Assembly (NCBI GenBank): GCA_051294375.1 | Contig: CM119270.1 | Span: 17,482,893-17,546,892 of the forward strand | Origin: Paraspadella gotoi | Taxonomy: Eukaryota; Animalia; Chaetognatha | Direction: 5' to 3' | DNA length: 64,000 nucleotides | Made by a program: the position numbers and the translations under genes | Notes under the pieces: generated by a model | Seen by the model: only the letters and a program-made list of their open reading frames with translations | The model's database searches: none | Told to the model about the DNA's origin: nothing | Part shown: in pieces, positions 1 to 10,971 of the stretch | Layout: each line of letters begins with the position of its first letter | Position numbering within the stretch: position 1 is the stretch's first letter

Positions 1-517
1 AGAATGAGACTCGTAAGTCAAACATTAGGGAAGAGAGAAAGGAGGAGGAAGAGGAAGAGAGAGGAGGAGGAAGGGGGAGGAAGGGGGGAGTAGGAGGAAG
101 GAGGAGGGGAGAGGGGAGGAGGGGAGAAATAGGACGGAAGAGGAAAAAGAAAAAAAGGAGATTTCTTCAATTGAGAAATAGAGGAGAGAGTTGAGAGAGA
201 GACGAGAGATGAGAGAGAGAGCAGGAGAGAGTGAGAGGAGGATGAGAGACGATTTAGCAAGAGAAAACTTGGACTTAAAAAAAGAGAGAAATAATGGAAA
301 AGAGAAGTAAAGAGAAAAATGGAAAATAAATAAAAAAGAAAAAAATGAAGAAGACAGAGAAATAAGAAAATAACGAGAATAAAGCGACAAAGCGAATGAC
401 AATGAGAAAGAAACGGGGTCATTGTCCTCATCCATTGAGGACAACGATTGTCCTTCAAAAATTCTCATTAATCTTTTCTTTTCTTTCGTCCTTCGGTTTT
501 CAAGAAGATGACGACAC

Positions 518-562
<45 letters not shown>

Positions 563-1105
563 CGACACGGATCCGATTCATATCACCATTTCATCACCAG
601 ATCATCACAATTTCACAAACAGTTCATAACCTTTTCACCACTATCTAATCATCATTTCATCACTATTTTATAACCAATTAAAAAATAAATGAGTTGATCT
701 GGCGCGACAACCACAGTCAACCCGGCGAGATGACTCAATTTTCTCAACACTTAATCACCAGTTCATTACCATTTCATAATCATTTCATTACCATTTCATC
801 ACTATTTTATCAGTATTTCATTACAATTGTATCAACATTTTCTTGATATTTCTTCACCGTTTTATCAACATTTTATAACCATATCTTTTACCAAACCTCA
901 AACCACCATCTTCATTCATCCCACCTCTCACCAGCGCCACCCTCTCACCACCCACCACCCTCTCACCACCTGTCATCTCTCTCCACCCCTACATTTGCAT
1001 CACCCCTACATTTGCACCAAACACCACCCACTCATAACCCACCACCCATTCACTACCCACCAACCATCTCATCAACCTCTCACCACCACCCACCAACCCT
1101 CTCAC

Positions 1106-1183
1106 CCCAATTCTTGATGGCGATGATCTTCTGCATCAACGGTTCCCCGGGGACAAACAGTTCGTCGAGGAAGTTGACCCCAA

Positions 1184-1220
<37 letters not shown>

Positions 1221-1599
1221 TCCCGTCGTCGCTTCGTCCATCTGATATTCGTCATCGGCCAAAGCGAAGGAATCGTCGGCCAAATAGTCGTTGTTGTTGT
1301 CCTCGTTGTTGTTGTCGTTTTCATCGAAGAAATCTCTGTAGTTGTCGTCCAACGAGATGTCAAGATGATTGTTGTCGTTGTTGTTGTTGTCGCCATTCCA
1401 CCAACGCGATTCTCTCTCTCGGTGCCGCAATCTGTCCCATTCGCGGCGCCACTCGCGCCAGGTGCGACGCTGCAGGCGCCGACCCGTCGAGCGGCGCGAT
1501 TCTAGTCGACGCCGGGAGGATAAGCGGCGTCGCGAGGAATCAGCGTCGGATTCCGGCGTCGAAGATTTTCGATTCGTCGGTTGAAGATCGACGCCGAAT
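1106..1599 (-). CDS. Chitin-binding protein, probable coding exon C (Arg-rich, then Asp/Asn-rich)
   Basis: Polypyrimidine tract plus CAG acceptor at 1602-1600. In phase with exon B (AG|A TTC GGC GTC = RFGV). Open frame ...RRTWREWRREWDRLRHRERESRWWNGDNNNND...DDDDVGVNFLDELFVPGEPLMQKIIAIKNWG. Candidate GTGAG donor at 1105; otherwise the frame stops at 1080. Confidence 0.6.
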
Positions 1600-1697
1600 C
1601 TGAAGAGGGAAGAGAAGTATTTTTAATTACATTTACATTACTAGATTAATGAATAAGTGTTTACAAAATAGCTGGAGAACATAATGCTCGTAAATAT

Positions 1698-1957
1698 TTA
1701 TGAAATTGGTACAACCAAAATAAAAATTATCCATTCATTTCATGAATAAGCTATCTTGCCCCTGACTTTGGACAGGCTTTGGTGGTTTAAGGCCTCCATC
1801 ACTCTTACAAGATAATGACATAGCAGGTCCTTACAAGCTTTCAATCAAGACTCTCTCAGTCTCGTTTATTTGCTCCCTGAGTACCTGGCTTCCCTATCAA
1901 TGAAGTGGTAAAATTTTTCAAAGAATGTTTCAATTGTATGAAAAAACCACTCCCTTA
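1698..1957. repeat. About 260-bp direct repeat, left flank of the HEPN gene
   Basis: tatgaaattggtacaacc...aaaccactccctta matches 4268-4528 and 22982-23242, with about a dozen substitutions and indels. Confidence 0.9.
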
Positions 1958-2207
1958 GGTATTAGATCGGAGAATATTATATTGTACTCTGCCCAGCATC
2001 AAAATACAAGGAGCTGAATTTTATATTTTTTCATATTTTTCATGCTAAATTTTTAGTTTATTAAATTTTATTATTTTCAGTGTTAGGCTGTTGGGGGCAT
2101 CAAACCCTAAAAGACCACTTTTTTCTACTTGGCGCGATTAATCTAAAAACGGGGAAAAATTTAAGAATTAATTAAATACTACACTTAAGTTTCTCTCTCT
2201 CTCTCTT

Positions 2208-2241
<34 letters not shown>

Positions 2242-2394
2242 AAACAGCAAACTCGTCTATTCAAACCGGTTTCCCAAAATTTGGGAAATGATAAAATCTT
2301 AAAATTGAATGGAATTTACCAGAGCATTGAAAAATACTTAGTATGTACAATTCGTAAAATCGTGATCGCTTTCAATTTTTCAATTTCTGGGACA

Positions 2395-4014
2395 ATGGCT
2401 TCTCAACGTCCTCATACGCCACCGTTTTATCCCATCGACCAGGACCAAGAGGTGACCGCGCGCCATCTATTAGTGTCCGCCGAACGTACTCTCTTTCGTC
2501 TTTGTCGGTTTATGGGCGTGACCGAATACGGGGATGACTTTTCTTCGTTGGCTCAAGCTTTGCTGGAACCGGAAATGCAATCTAAATTGAAGAAGGAACA
2601 AAAGACAGCGCTTTGGCATCTGAGGAATGCGCGCAATGATTATGCTCACCATTGGAATCAAAGCGACGAATCCAAGAGAAATACGATCATAAACAAATTG
2701 AATGTGTCAAGGAATAAACTGATCATCGAGGAAGAAGAAAAGGATGTGAACTACGACGTTAATTTTAAGAGGAAGTACAGAAAAAACCGCGGCCTTCAAA
2801 GAGCTGCTTCAGAACCACACCCTCGAACGTTAGAAAAGGCTTCTGAACGACCTGTGACTCCAACTTTCTATGATATCATCGAGGAACAAGAAGTAGCAGC
2901 ACGAAATCTGTTAGTCACTGCTGAAGTAACTGTTTTTCGTCTCTGTCGGTCCATGGATGTGTCAAACTTTGATAATGAGCTTTTATCAATGGCGGATGCT
3001 TTGCTGAAATCCGAGTATCAACAAAAAGGGGCCCTTTGTTCGCTAAAGAAGGCGCGCAATGATCACGCCCACTGTTGGAACCGGAGTGACAAATCTGAGA
3101 GGAAAAAAATTTTAGAAGATTTGAAATCGGCGATTGGAAGATTGAATGACGAAAGGAATAAAAAGAATAACGCGGGCTTCAGAAAACACGACAATTCAAA
3201 ACCGGGAAATGCTGCCAAAGCACAAAATAGTTTTAAAAAAGAAATTGCGGCTAATCGGAGGCTTATGCAGAAATCACAGGAAGGTCCCCATACAAGTCAA
3301 TCATTAAAACAAAGTCAATTAGCTAAGACAGGACGCTTACCCTGCGGATGCATCAGACCAATATCTCAAATTGGAAGTTCCGAATTGTCTACATCGCCCA
3401 AGAGAATTTCTCTGCCTTTACCATCCCTTCCATCTTCTGAAGTCTCAAAAATGCATTCCACTCACAAAGTTCCATCAATTGAACAAAGTCAATTCCCTAG
3501 GAAAGATTTCCAAAGAGGCAACTCACCCTATCGCACCCAAATATCTGAAAAACGAAGATCCGAATCGATAACAACAATTAATAACACTCATCCCTTACCC
3601 TTACACTCAGGAACGCATTCCACTCTTCCCAAAACACAACAATCACGTACACCTAACCAGATTGGATATATACAATCACAATATAACAATAGGCACCTTC
3701 CTGAACCTACCAATGCAACATTCGACGAAGAAAGATCGAGAAGAATCTCTCACTCTTTCCCGAATACGTCAATCACCTCCCAAGAGCCAGATCGCGTGAA
3801 GAAACCTCCCGGAAAAACAAATATTCATGTCAACAATGGCCAACCATATTCTCAACGGCAAAAGGTTTACGATGACGTCCAGGATTACAGAGCGAGACCG
3901 CCTTATATGATGGCGGATCAAGAAAGAACGGAAACGAAAAGAGAACCGAATTTTTTCCAAAAGTTTTTACGTTCTTTTAGACAATGTTTTTGTTGTCAAT
4001 ATATTCCAGACTAA
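2395..4014 (+). CDS. Intronless tandem-HEPN-domain protein (putative ribonuclease), 539 aa, with a disordered S/T/Q/P-rich tail and a C-terminal basic/Cys cluster
   Basis: The only long non-repetitive ORF (track ORF 2281..4014). First ATG at 2395 is in good context (ACAATGG). Internal duplication of about 100 aa: TPPFYPIDQDQEVTARHLLVSAERTLFRLCR...ALWHLRNARNDYAHHWNQSD vs TPTFYDIIEEQEVAARNLLVTAEVTVFRLCR...ALCSLKKARNDHAHCWNRSD. Each repeat has an N-terminal helix Glu and an R-x4-H motif (RNDYAH 2632-2649, RNDHAH 3055-3072) typical of HEPN nucleases. AATAAA at 4192. The ORF is solid; the HEPN call is by motif only. Confidence 0.8.
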   Translation: MASQRPHTPPFYPIDQDQEVTARHLLVSAERTLFRLCRFMGVTEYGDDFSSLAQALLEPEMQSKLKKEQKTALWHLRNARNDYAHHWNQSDESKRNTIINKLNVSRNKLIIEEEEKDVNYDVNFKRKYRKNRGLQRAASEPHPRTLEKASERPVTPTFYDIIEEQEVAARNLLVTAEVTVFRLCRSMDVSNFDNELLSMADALLKSEYQQKGALCSLKKARNDHAHCWNRSDKSERKKILEDLKSAIGRLNDERNKKNNAGFRKHDNSKPGNAAKAQNSFKKEIAANRRLMQKSQEGPHTSQSLKQSQLAKTGRLPCGCIRPISQIGSSELSTSPKRISLPLPSLPSSEVSKMHSTHKVPSIEQSQFPRKDFQRGNSPYRTQISEKRRSESITTINNTHPLPLHSGTHSTLPKTQQSRTPNQIGYIQSQYNNRHLPEPTNATFDEERSRRISHSFPNTSITSQEPDRVKKPPGKTNIHVNNGQPYSQRQKVYDDVQDYRARPPYMMADQERTETKREPNFFQKFLRSFRQCFCCQYIPD

Positions 4015-4267
4015 ACCCTCTTTTGGTTCAAATGTTAAATATAATTCACTGGTTTGTAAAATTATTGGAGCAGATTATAGAATTTTAGAAAAACCACTAA
4101 TGTTTGTTACCTAATTGAGTAGGAAATTAGTTCTGAGTCACATAATTTAGAAAGACCACTGATTAACCTATTGTCTGTTATTTAACTAAGTAATAAATTG
4201 GTTCTGTATCGGAGAAATTCTGGAACTCTTAATTAATGAAAAAACACTATTTAGACGTTTCCTTATT

Positions 4268-4528
4268 TATATGAAATTGGTACAACCAATATAAAAATTA
4301 TCCATTCATTTAATAAATAAGCTATCTTGCCCCTGACTTTGGACAGGCTTTGGTGGTTTAAGGCCTCCATCACTCTTACAAGATAATGACATAGCAGGTC
4401 CCTGCAAGCTTTCAATCAAGACACTCTCACAGTCTCGTTTATTCACTCCTAGAGTACCTGGCTTCCCTATCAATGAAGTGGAAAATATTTCAAAGAATGT
4501 TTCAATTGTATGAAAAGACCACTCCCTT
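4268..4528. repeat. About 260-bp direct repeat, right flank of the HEPN gene
   Basis: Same sequence and orientation as 1698-1957. Confidence 0.9.
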
Positions 4529-5572
4529 ATATAATAGAATTGTAAATTGGTTCCAACCAATACTTTGACAGAAGATAGTATCATACAGATAAAGCCAGCT
4601 TTTGAGCGTTCAACCTGACGCAACACGTTCTCTATATCAATATAAATTTGACTAAAAGCGCCAAAAAATTGATTTCCTTTTCTATAAGCTAAGATAATCA
4701 AGAAAAATTCGTCTGCGTCTAAATCATGAGGTGAGAAAGGAGGTGAGAAGGATAAACACAAGGGGGTAGGGGGGCGGGTGAGGAAACCATGGAAACGAGG
4801 ATGGAAAGACGGGACCGACAACCAGACTGACCGACCATGCCAGAAAAGTGTGAAGGGCGAGATGTGAGATGATCCGTGATTTTTTTGGCGAGTTAGGTCG
4901 AATCCTCTGACCATGATGACGAGAACGATCATCCGTTGACGTCTCGAGTTCTTTCGCCAATTAACCTCTTGACGCTCATTGACTTCAAAGGTTATTGCAG
5001 ATGGAACGTACGGTGAGATGGATGGGAAAATATATGGTAAAGCATCGACTGTATGAAATAACATTTGATGCGAACAAACACAGAATAATCAGTGTTAGGG
5101 AATAAAAAAGATGTCTTTCAGATTCAAATTTAATACGGAGAAAGTTTTGCCAAAGCCTATTTTGATGGAGCGTTTCGTAAGGAATGACGAGAAAAGAAAA
5201 GAGGGTAAAAGGAACAAATAAATAAAAAAAAGGAAAGAAAAAGAAGAAAATAAAAAAGAAGGGGGGTGGAAAGAGAGATAAAGTAAAAAAGAATGTGAAA
5301 GAATAAAGAAGGAAAAGAAAAGGGAAACTACTTTGAGAGGAAGGGACAGAAAAAGAAAGAAGGCAGAAAAAAGTAAAAAAGAAAGTAAATTAAAAAAGTG
5401 AAAATTTAAAAAAAAAAAGAAAGAAAAGTAGAATAGAAAGAAAAGAAAAGGTTAAAGATAGGAAGAGGATCTAAAAGTGCGGTGAGGAATTTACGAGAGA
5501 TGAGAACAGACGGAAAGGAAAATTACGAGTTGTTTTCTGGCGGAAGAGGAAACGACGGCGTCACTTCGCGCC

Positions 5573-5668
<96 letters not shown>

Positions 5669-5826
5669 GGCGCCGAATTGGCGGCGAGGGGGGGGGGCGA
5701 GAGGGAGAAGGGGAGAGGCGCCGGGAGGTGGGGCGCTGCGGCGTCGATTTAAGAGGGGGACGGGTAGTTGCGAGCGCAATCTCGAGGAGTGCCTAGTGGA
5801 GTGGTGCAAATTGTAGGCGCGCATGA

Positions 5827-5992
5827 TAGAGGGCCGCTGGTTAGAGGGGCGCAGGTAGGGGCGCACAGGATAGAAGGGCGCAGGTCAGAGGTGCACAAAA
5901 TAGAGGGGTGTGGGTTAGATGGGCGCAGGATAGAGGGGTGCAGGTTAGAGGCGCACAGGATACAAGCGCAGGTGAGAGGGTACAGAATAGAG
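5827..5992. repeat. About 30-bp (2 x 15) G-rich minisatellite; also at 24445-24612
   Basis: Units such as agaagggcgcaggtcagaggtgcacaaaat and agaggggtgcaggttagaggcgcacaggat. Confidence 0.75.
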
Positions 5993-6666
5993 CGGAGTCT
6001 GGTATACGAGCGATAAGTTGATAGACGCCTGGTAGAATGGCGCCGGCTTTGACGACGACGACCACAACTGCGACGACAATGACGATGAAGGTGACGACGA
6101 CGACGACGACGACGGCGAAAATTCTGAGCTTTTATGTTTGCCGAATTTGGGTCACTCCTTCAAGCGCCTCATTTTTCTTGATCGCTATTCTCGTCTTCAG
6201 TCAGAATTTATGATCGCGACTAAGCGATTACTTGAATAATGTCTCTTCAGTGTTATTTGAAATTCTTAAATACATTTGCATATTGAAGATTTTAATGTTT
6301 AGGCGAATTGTCGAAAAATTAATGTTCAAAAAAGTTGTGTTAATTTACGTTAATCATCGTTACTTTTAATTATAAATTTTAAACTATTTTTTATTTTAGT
6401 TTTACAAGTATTATTTTACAATATTGGTATTCGCGATTACATATTAAATGTTTTTTTGTCTTAGTTAGTTAGAAATCTGCTTTCGGAAGTGGTTTTTGAA
6501 GCTCATAAAAACAAAATTTCCCGTCTTATTGACAAATTGATTCTATCGGTTATCGTAAAATGAACAGGAATTTAATGTGTTACGTTGTTTAGTCATCCGG
6601 TATTAATGCAATAAAAGTAAATTAAATTACATATTACATTTTCTACCCGAATCAAAGTAAACTTAC

Positions 6667-7105
6667 CTTCTCATTTTCTCTTCTCCGGCCGCAGACGCCG
6701 TCGCCGATTCGTCAAACGACGCCGCGGCGTCACCGGCGCCACTTCCGCTTCCGTCTCTATCGGCGCCGACGACGGAACGCGCGCGCGATGAGAACGAGGC
6801 AGAGAGGATCCTCGTCCGAGAGTCGAGTCGGTCGTCAGAGACGGAGCGACATCTTCCGGCTTTGGAGCTGAAGTAGTGGAAGTCTTCGTTGCTACTGCTG
6901 CCGTTGATGCTGCCGCTGCCGCTTCTTCCGTCTGCTGCTCCCGTTTATCCCCCGATGTCCGTTCGTCCATTCGGCGCCGCAAAGACCAGACCTTGCGGCG
7001 CCGCGGGAATCTTCATCGGCGCCGCAAGAGGGACGATCGTCGGAGCCGCAGTATCGTGAAGCGGCGAGGACGACGCCGGTTTCGTCTCGTTGGCACGAGT
7101 AGAAT
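6667..7105 (-). CDS. Chitin-binding protein, coding exon B (copy 1)
   Basis: TAG acceptor at 7108-7106 and GTAAGT donor at 6666. Phase-compatible with exon A (ACC AA|A TTC TAC TCG TGC = TKFYSC). Continues [15 protein letters not shown]...[14 protein letters not shown]...DPLC...[14 protein letters not shown] in the three-copy consensus; this copy has small indels. Confidence 0.7.
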
Positions 7106-7152
7106 CTAAATTTGGGGGGGGGGGTAATGGAAAGTGAGAGGAAGCCAGTCCT

Positions 7153-7234
<82 letters not shown>

Positions 7235-8522
7235 CTTTTTATCTCTCACAACGATTCGTAAAGTGTAAACTTGATTTAAATCCAGAAAACTATTTTTTTT
7301 TTAAAAAGGCGAGAGAAAAAAAATCTCATTACAATGAAGGCTCGAATGGGACTTGGACTAATTCGATCGTAAAACGCATCGTTTACGACAGAAAATTTAT
7401 TCGAATCGGAAAAAAATATTTTTTTTTGAAAAAAAAAAGCACTAATGATAATAATCGTAAATTTCCTCTCCCTTTCTTAATTTTCCTTCACCACCTTCAC
7501 CACCTTCAACCTTCACCACCTTCACCACCTTCGCCCCAAAACCCACCACCCTACCACACCGCCGATAAAAAAAAAACCCGGGTCGGACCGGGGTTCGATC
7601 CTTTAACACCTCCGACGGCGTGTCTCGGCCCCAAAACAAATCAATCAATCAAAAACCGAAGGCATGTCGCTCTTTAACCTCCTACCCGCCGTCCCGCCCA
7701 CCCCCCCCCCTTTCGGTCTTTTTTCTTTCCGAACGAAAAAGAAAAAAAAATTAAAAGTGAAAAACAAATTTGTTCGCGTCTCACGAATCGTAAAGCGCGT
7801 TGGGAACGTGACCTATCACGAGCCAATCACGAATGGAATCACAACGTGTGGTTAGGAACTTAGGATAAAAGGTATCACAAAATGAATGCAAATAGAAACA
7901 TAAGGAATAGTGAAATTAAGATCGAATCCTACTTTTAATTCTCTAAAAAAAAGAACGGTTATACAAATGTGTTGCGCTTGACTGCCTTCTCACGTATATT
8001 TCTCGTGACATGACATGACGTGACATAACATGACATGACGTGACATGACTACAATAACTTTCTTAGCCCGTGTATTTATGACACGCACTGCATCGGAAAT
8101 TCGTCTTTATAGTTAGTTATAGGATTTCCTAAAGGCGGCGCTATCAGTCACTTAGATTTGATGTTTTTTCCTGCCTTAACAATGAGCAACCAACTATAAG
8201 CAAATTATATGCATTTTTAACGTAAGTGGGACAGACCGACAAACAGACAGACCGACCGAAAAGTGACGAGTACTCGCGATGCAACTAAAAACCCGAATGA
8301 TTATCAACGAAAAATGAATTTTGTCGTTAAAAAACTCAGCGGAAATCCGTGAGAAAATTGACAGGACAAAAATGAAGACTTATGTCATGTTCTCTTTTTT
8401 TTTCCAGTGAGATTTTTCCGGAAAATATTGGCCAACCGCCAACGCTGATCTCATAAATCAAAGTTTTGTGCCGAACGAAACGCCGGGGGTGGAGCGGAGA
8501 GAGAGAGAGAGAGAGAGAGAGA

Positions 8523-8569
<47 letters not shown>

Positions 8570-8974
8570 TAGAGAGATGAGGATAATAGGGTAAATGTTG
8601 GAGCAGGGAGGAAGGAGAATATTAATTTCACTCTTGTGAAACTGGTGACTTTTACGGTTAAAAAGGGGAGGGTTGTTTCGTCCACTTTTTCATTTTGACG
8701 ATTTTCATAATCGTCAAATTGATATTATTTTTTCGTCACGAATCACGGGCCTCACATCTGTGAAAGCTTCACAACCGTCGCCCAGATGGAAAAGGAAATC
8801 GATTCTTAGCGATTAAATTATAATCGTGAAGGATGAAAACAGAATAAAATGGAATATTGAATAATGGATGACATAATACAAAAAAAAAAAAAAAAAATTC
8901 AATGTAAAATATTTTATTTTTTTATAAGAAATTAAACTAGTCTTCATTTTATTATATTTTCTTTCACAACTCAC

Positions 8975-9175
8975 TTGGTACAATCCCATGGATCACCGAA
9001 GATGCCCTCAGCTGGACACCGGAAGTTGCCCCCGAACCCTCCTCCTCCTCTTCCTCCTCTTTCATGACCGGAAATGACGTCACTTCCGGTCTGTTTGACG
9101 CCAAAGTTTGACGACGACGACGACGACGACGACGACGAAGGGAAATCGTCGCGTCGTTGGGCGTCGAGAGGACAT
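8975..9175 (-). CDS. Chitin-binding type-2 (CBM14/peritrophin-A)-like secreted protein, coding exon A (copy 1)
   Basis: Consensus with copies 2 and 3 reads [67 protein letters not shown]: a signal-peptide-like start followed by the C-P-x-x-G-x-F-x-D-P-x-D-C start of a ChtBD2 domain. GTGAG donor after 8975; CAG acceptor before 9179. This copy has a 1-bp insertion near 9106. Confidence 0.7.
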
Positions 9176-9181
9176 CAATCT

Positions 9182-9395
9182 GAATGAATGGAAACTTGGA
9201 TGGTTGGATGGATGTATGATTGGATGGATGGATGAAAAGTTGAAAAGTTGAACGGATGGATGAATGGATTAAAGAATGAAAAGTAGGATGGATGGTTAAA
9301 TGAAAAGTTGAACGGATGGAAGATGTTTTCAAGAATGAATGAATGAAAAGTAGGATGGATAGGAGAATGGATGGATGGTTTAAATGAAAAGTTTT
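9182..9395. repeat. Degenerate (GGAT/GAAT)n microsatellite with a tgaaaagt subrepeat, intronic
   Basis: Direct inspection; immediately upstream of the exon A acceptor. Confidence 0.8.
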
Positions 9396-10344
9396 AAAAA
9401 ACTCATTGAATTTTTATGAGAGATTGGGGATTTGTTGAATCTTTGAAACGACGAATGAAACGAAACGCATTATATATCTTTATTCGCTAGCATTAAAAAC
9501 TTTAAATTTATATAGTTAAAATTATTATAATGCAATATACGACTGACTAGATGACAGATTGAGAGAAAAACGGAAAGATTAATTCCGATGTTCAGACGTT
9601 TATTCCGGACTACAACAAAAGCCAAACCGACTTGAAAACAAAGGAACATTTTAAGCAGCGAAAAATTAGAATTGATTTATCGTCGTCTCTCAGCCAAATG
9701 TACTTAAAAATATTTGAGTAGGTATATAGGGGCTAAGATAATGGTCGTGAGCTGATGATGACTTGACGCAATGAGCCACAGAAGTTGTCATGAGTAAAGT
9801 CGATGTCAACTTTGTAATGTCCGACGACAAATAAATTCCCCGTCTGTTTCAAGTTATGCGAATTTACGAAAAAGTTGCAGTTTTAAAACCAAGATTTAAA
9901 AGAAAGGAAAAAGAAAAAGTCCATAATTTAATAATAAAAAGGAAATTCGTACACCCTCCTCTCGTTGCAAAAAAGTATTGGAACATTTACTGTCGTCACA
10001 AGAAGCAACATTAGTTCGTAAAATCTTTTTTTTTCACTTTTAAGATTTTTTTTGACCAGGTTCATTTCGCCGCCATTTTGTTTTTTTTTTTTGGTGAAAC
10101 CGATTTTATTTTTTTTAAATAATTTTCTTTTGTTTTTGTTTTGATCGTAGAAAAAAAAAGTTTATCGCGTCGATTGAATATTTCATGCAACTTTTTGGAT
10201 CCGATGTTGTGTTTGTTGCGTTTCGATTTTGCTCCTATTTTTTGTTCGAGATGTTTTTGCGTTTCTGGTCAAAAATTAATCATTCACTCTTGGAGATGAA
10301 TTATTCAAATGGATTTTTAAAAAGAGGGAGGGTTGGTGGGGGAA

Positions 10345-10458
<114 letters not shown>

Positions 10459-10971
10459 CAGAGTTTTTTTCGTCAAGTATGACAGCAGTTTTGCCAGGAC
10501 GTTTTTATGAATAATTATTGGAATCTGCGGTGAAGAGAGAAATGGCTTATAAAAAGTCCATGAAGTAATAAATATCCAACGATTACGAATGAGCACAATA
10601 ATGCCTAAAAAAACCGAAAACCCATTACTAAAATGGGATTACAAACGTAGTGTAATATTTTTAGAAGTCCGATGCTCCATAACAAAATCAAAACTGAAAG
10701 AAAAAAAAATCAATTCGCCGAAACTTATTGTTGCGACTTAAATAAATAAAGATGAGTAATAGTAATATTTAATATGAAACATTAATCAAAAATGGATGAA
10801 GAGAGAGACCCATGGATCGAAAAAAAATATCGATGAATTGTAATAAATTGTAATAAATTGTAATAAATAGTGAAAAGGATTTTAGGAAGGAAATCGACTG
10901 GGACGTCAATGACCAATAAAACCGTCAAGAAAATTTATCTCAAAGGATCGAAAATGAAGAGGGATTTTAAG

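Noticed and set aside
2281-2394. N-terminal extension of the HEPN ORF from a TTG start
   Set aside because: Eukaryotic context; the first ATG at 2395 has a good Kozak-like context and immediately precedes repeat 1.
2395-4014. Dual R-x4-H protein as Cas13
   Set aside because: The protein is short, the two HEPN motifs come from a local tandem duplication 141 aa apart, the rest is disordered, and there is no CRISPR array. The similarity is only architectural.
4306-5064. 252-aa minus-strand ORF, and GIY-YIG-like words (AYLL...FYIGCT, ESVLI) in the flanking repeat
   Set aside because: The ORF is broken in copy 3 and crosses a polymorphic indel. The motifs have the wrong order and spacing for a Penelope GIY-YIG endonuclease.
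7575-7630. tRNA gene suggested by the GGTTCGATCC B-box
   Set aside because: No A-box or cloverleaf; flanked by poly-A and low-complexity sequence.
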